NCBI RefSeq assembly: GCF_963921235.1
Contig: NC_086097.1
Span: 86,244,001 to 86,308,000 of the forward strand
DNA length: 64,000 nt
From: Mobula hypostoma
Taxonomy: Eukaryota
Direction of reading: 5' to 3'
The notes below the pieces were generated by a model. It was not told where the DNA came from. It ran no database searches and saw only the letters and a list, made by a program, of their open reading frames with translations. Numbering within the stretch: position 1 is the first letter of the stretch; each line of letters begins with the position of its first letter. The position numbers were made by a program, and so were the translations under genes. This document shows positions 63,816-64,000 of the stretch, in pieces.

Positions 63816-64000
63816 CTGCACTTTTGTTTTTTTTTACCTTGTGAATGCCCTGGGATGTTTTTGCTTTTAAATGTGCTTCAAATAACAGAGTTGCTGTTCT
63901 AGTAAGATATGGACTTGTAACGGTTTTGTTTTAAAACCTGCGATACACCTATGGGGGTGCTAATAAGTAAGATAGTGGCCAAAGTTGACTAAACTATAAG

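Overview
Repeat-rich vertebrate genomic DNA, most likely a cartilaginous fish (ray or shark). That assignment is inferred from the repeat content: abundant CR1 LINEs, tRNA-derived V-SINEs and Penelope pseudo-LTR palindromes. I could not confidently identify any host protein-coding exon, so the window looks intronic or intergenic. It contains one full-length but mutated Gypsy/Ty3 LTR retrotransposon (54965-59331, minus strand, 5-bp TSD), six solo LTRs, a decayed two-LTR element, many CR1 fragments, Rex1-, RTE-, R4/Dong- and HERO-type LINE remnants, a Tc1 remnant, several SINE-like families, and unique stretches with enhancer-like motifs. Three RNA-level observations stand out. (1) The HERO element 3' UTR holds all three hammerhead-ribozyme core strands, in a permuted C-B-A order and enclosed by a 12-bp helix. 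(2) The Gypsy element has no tRNA primer-binding site; a 14-nt sequence complementary to the poly(A)-signal region of its own LTR sits there instead, suggesting self-priming or poly(A) occlusion. (3) Minimal hammerhead ribozymes occur in TSD-flanked Penelope-derived inserts. All calls were made by eye with no database searches; boundaries of decayed repeats are approximate.
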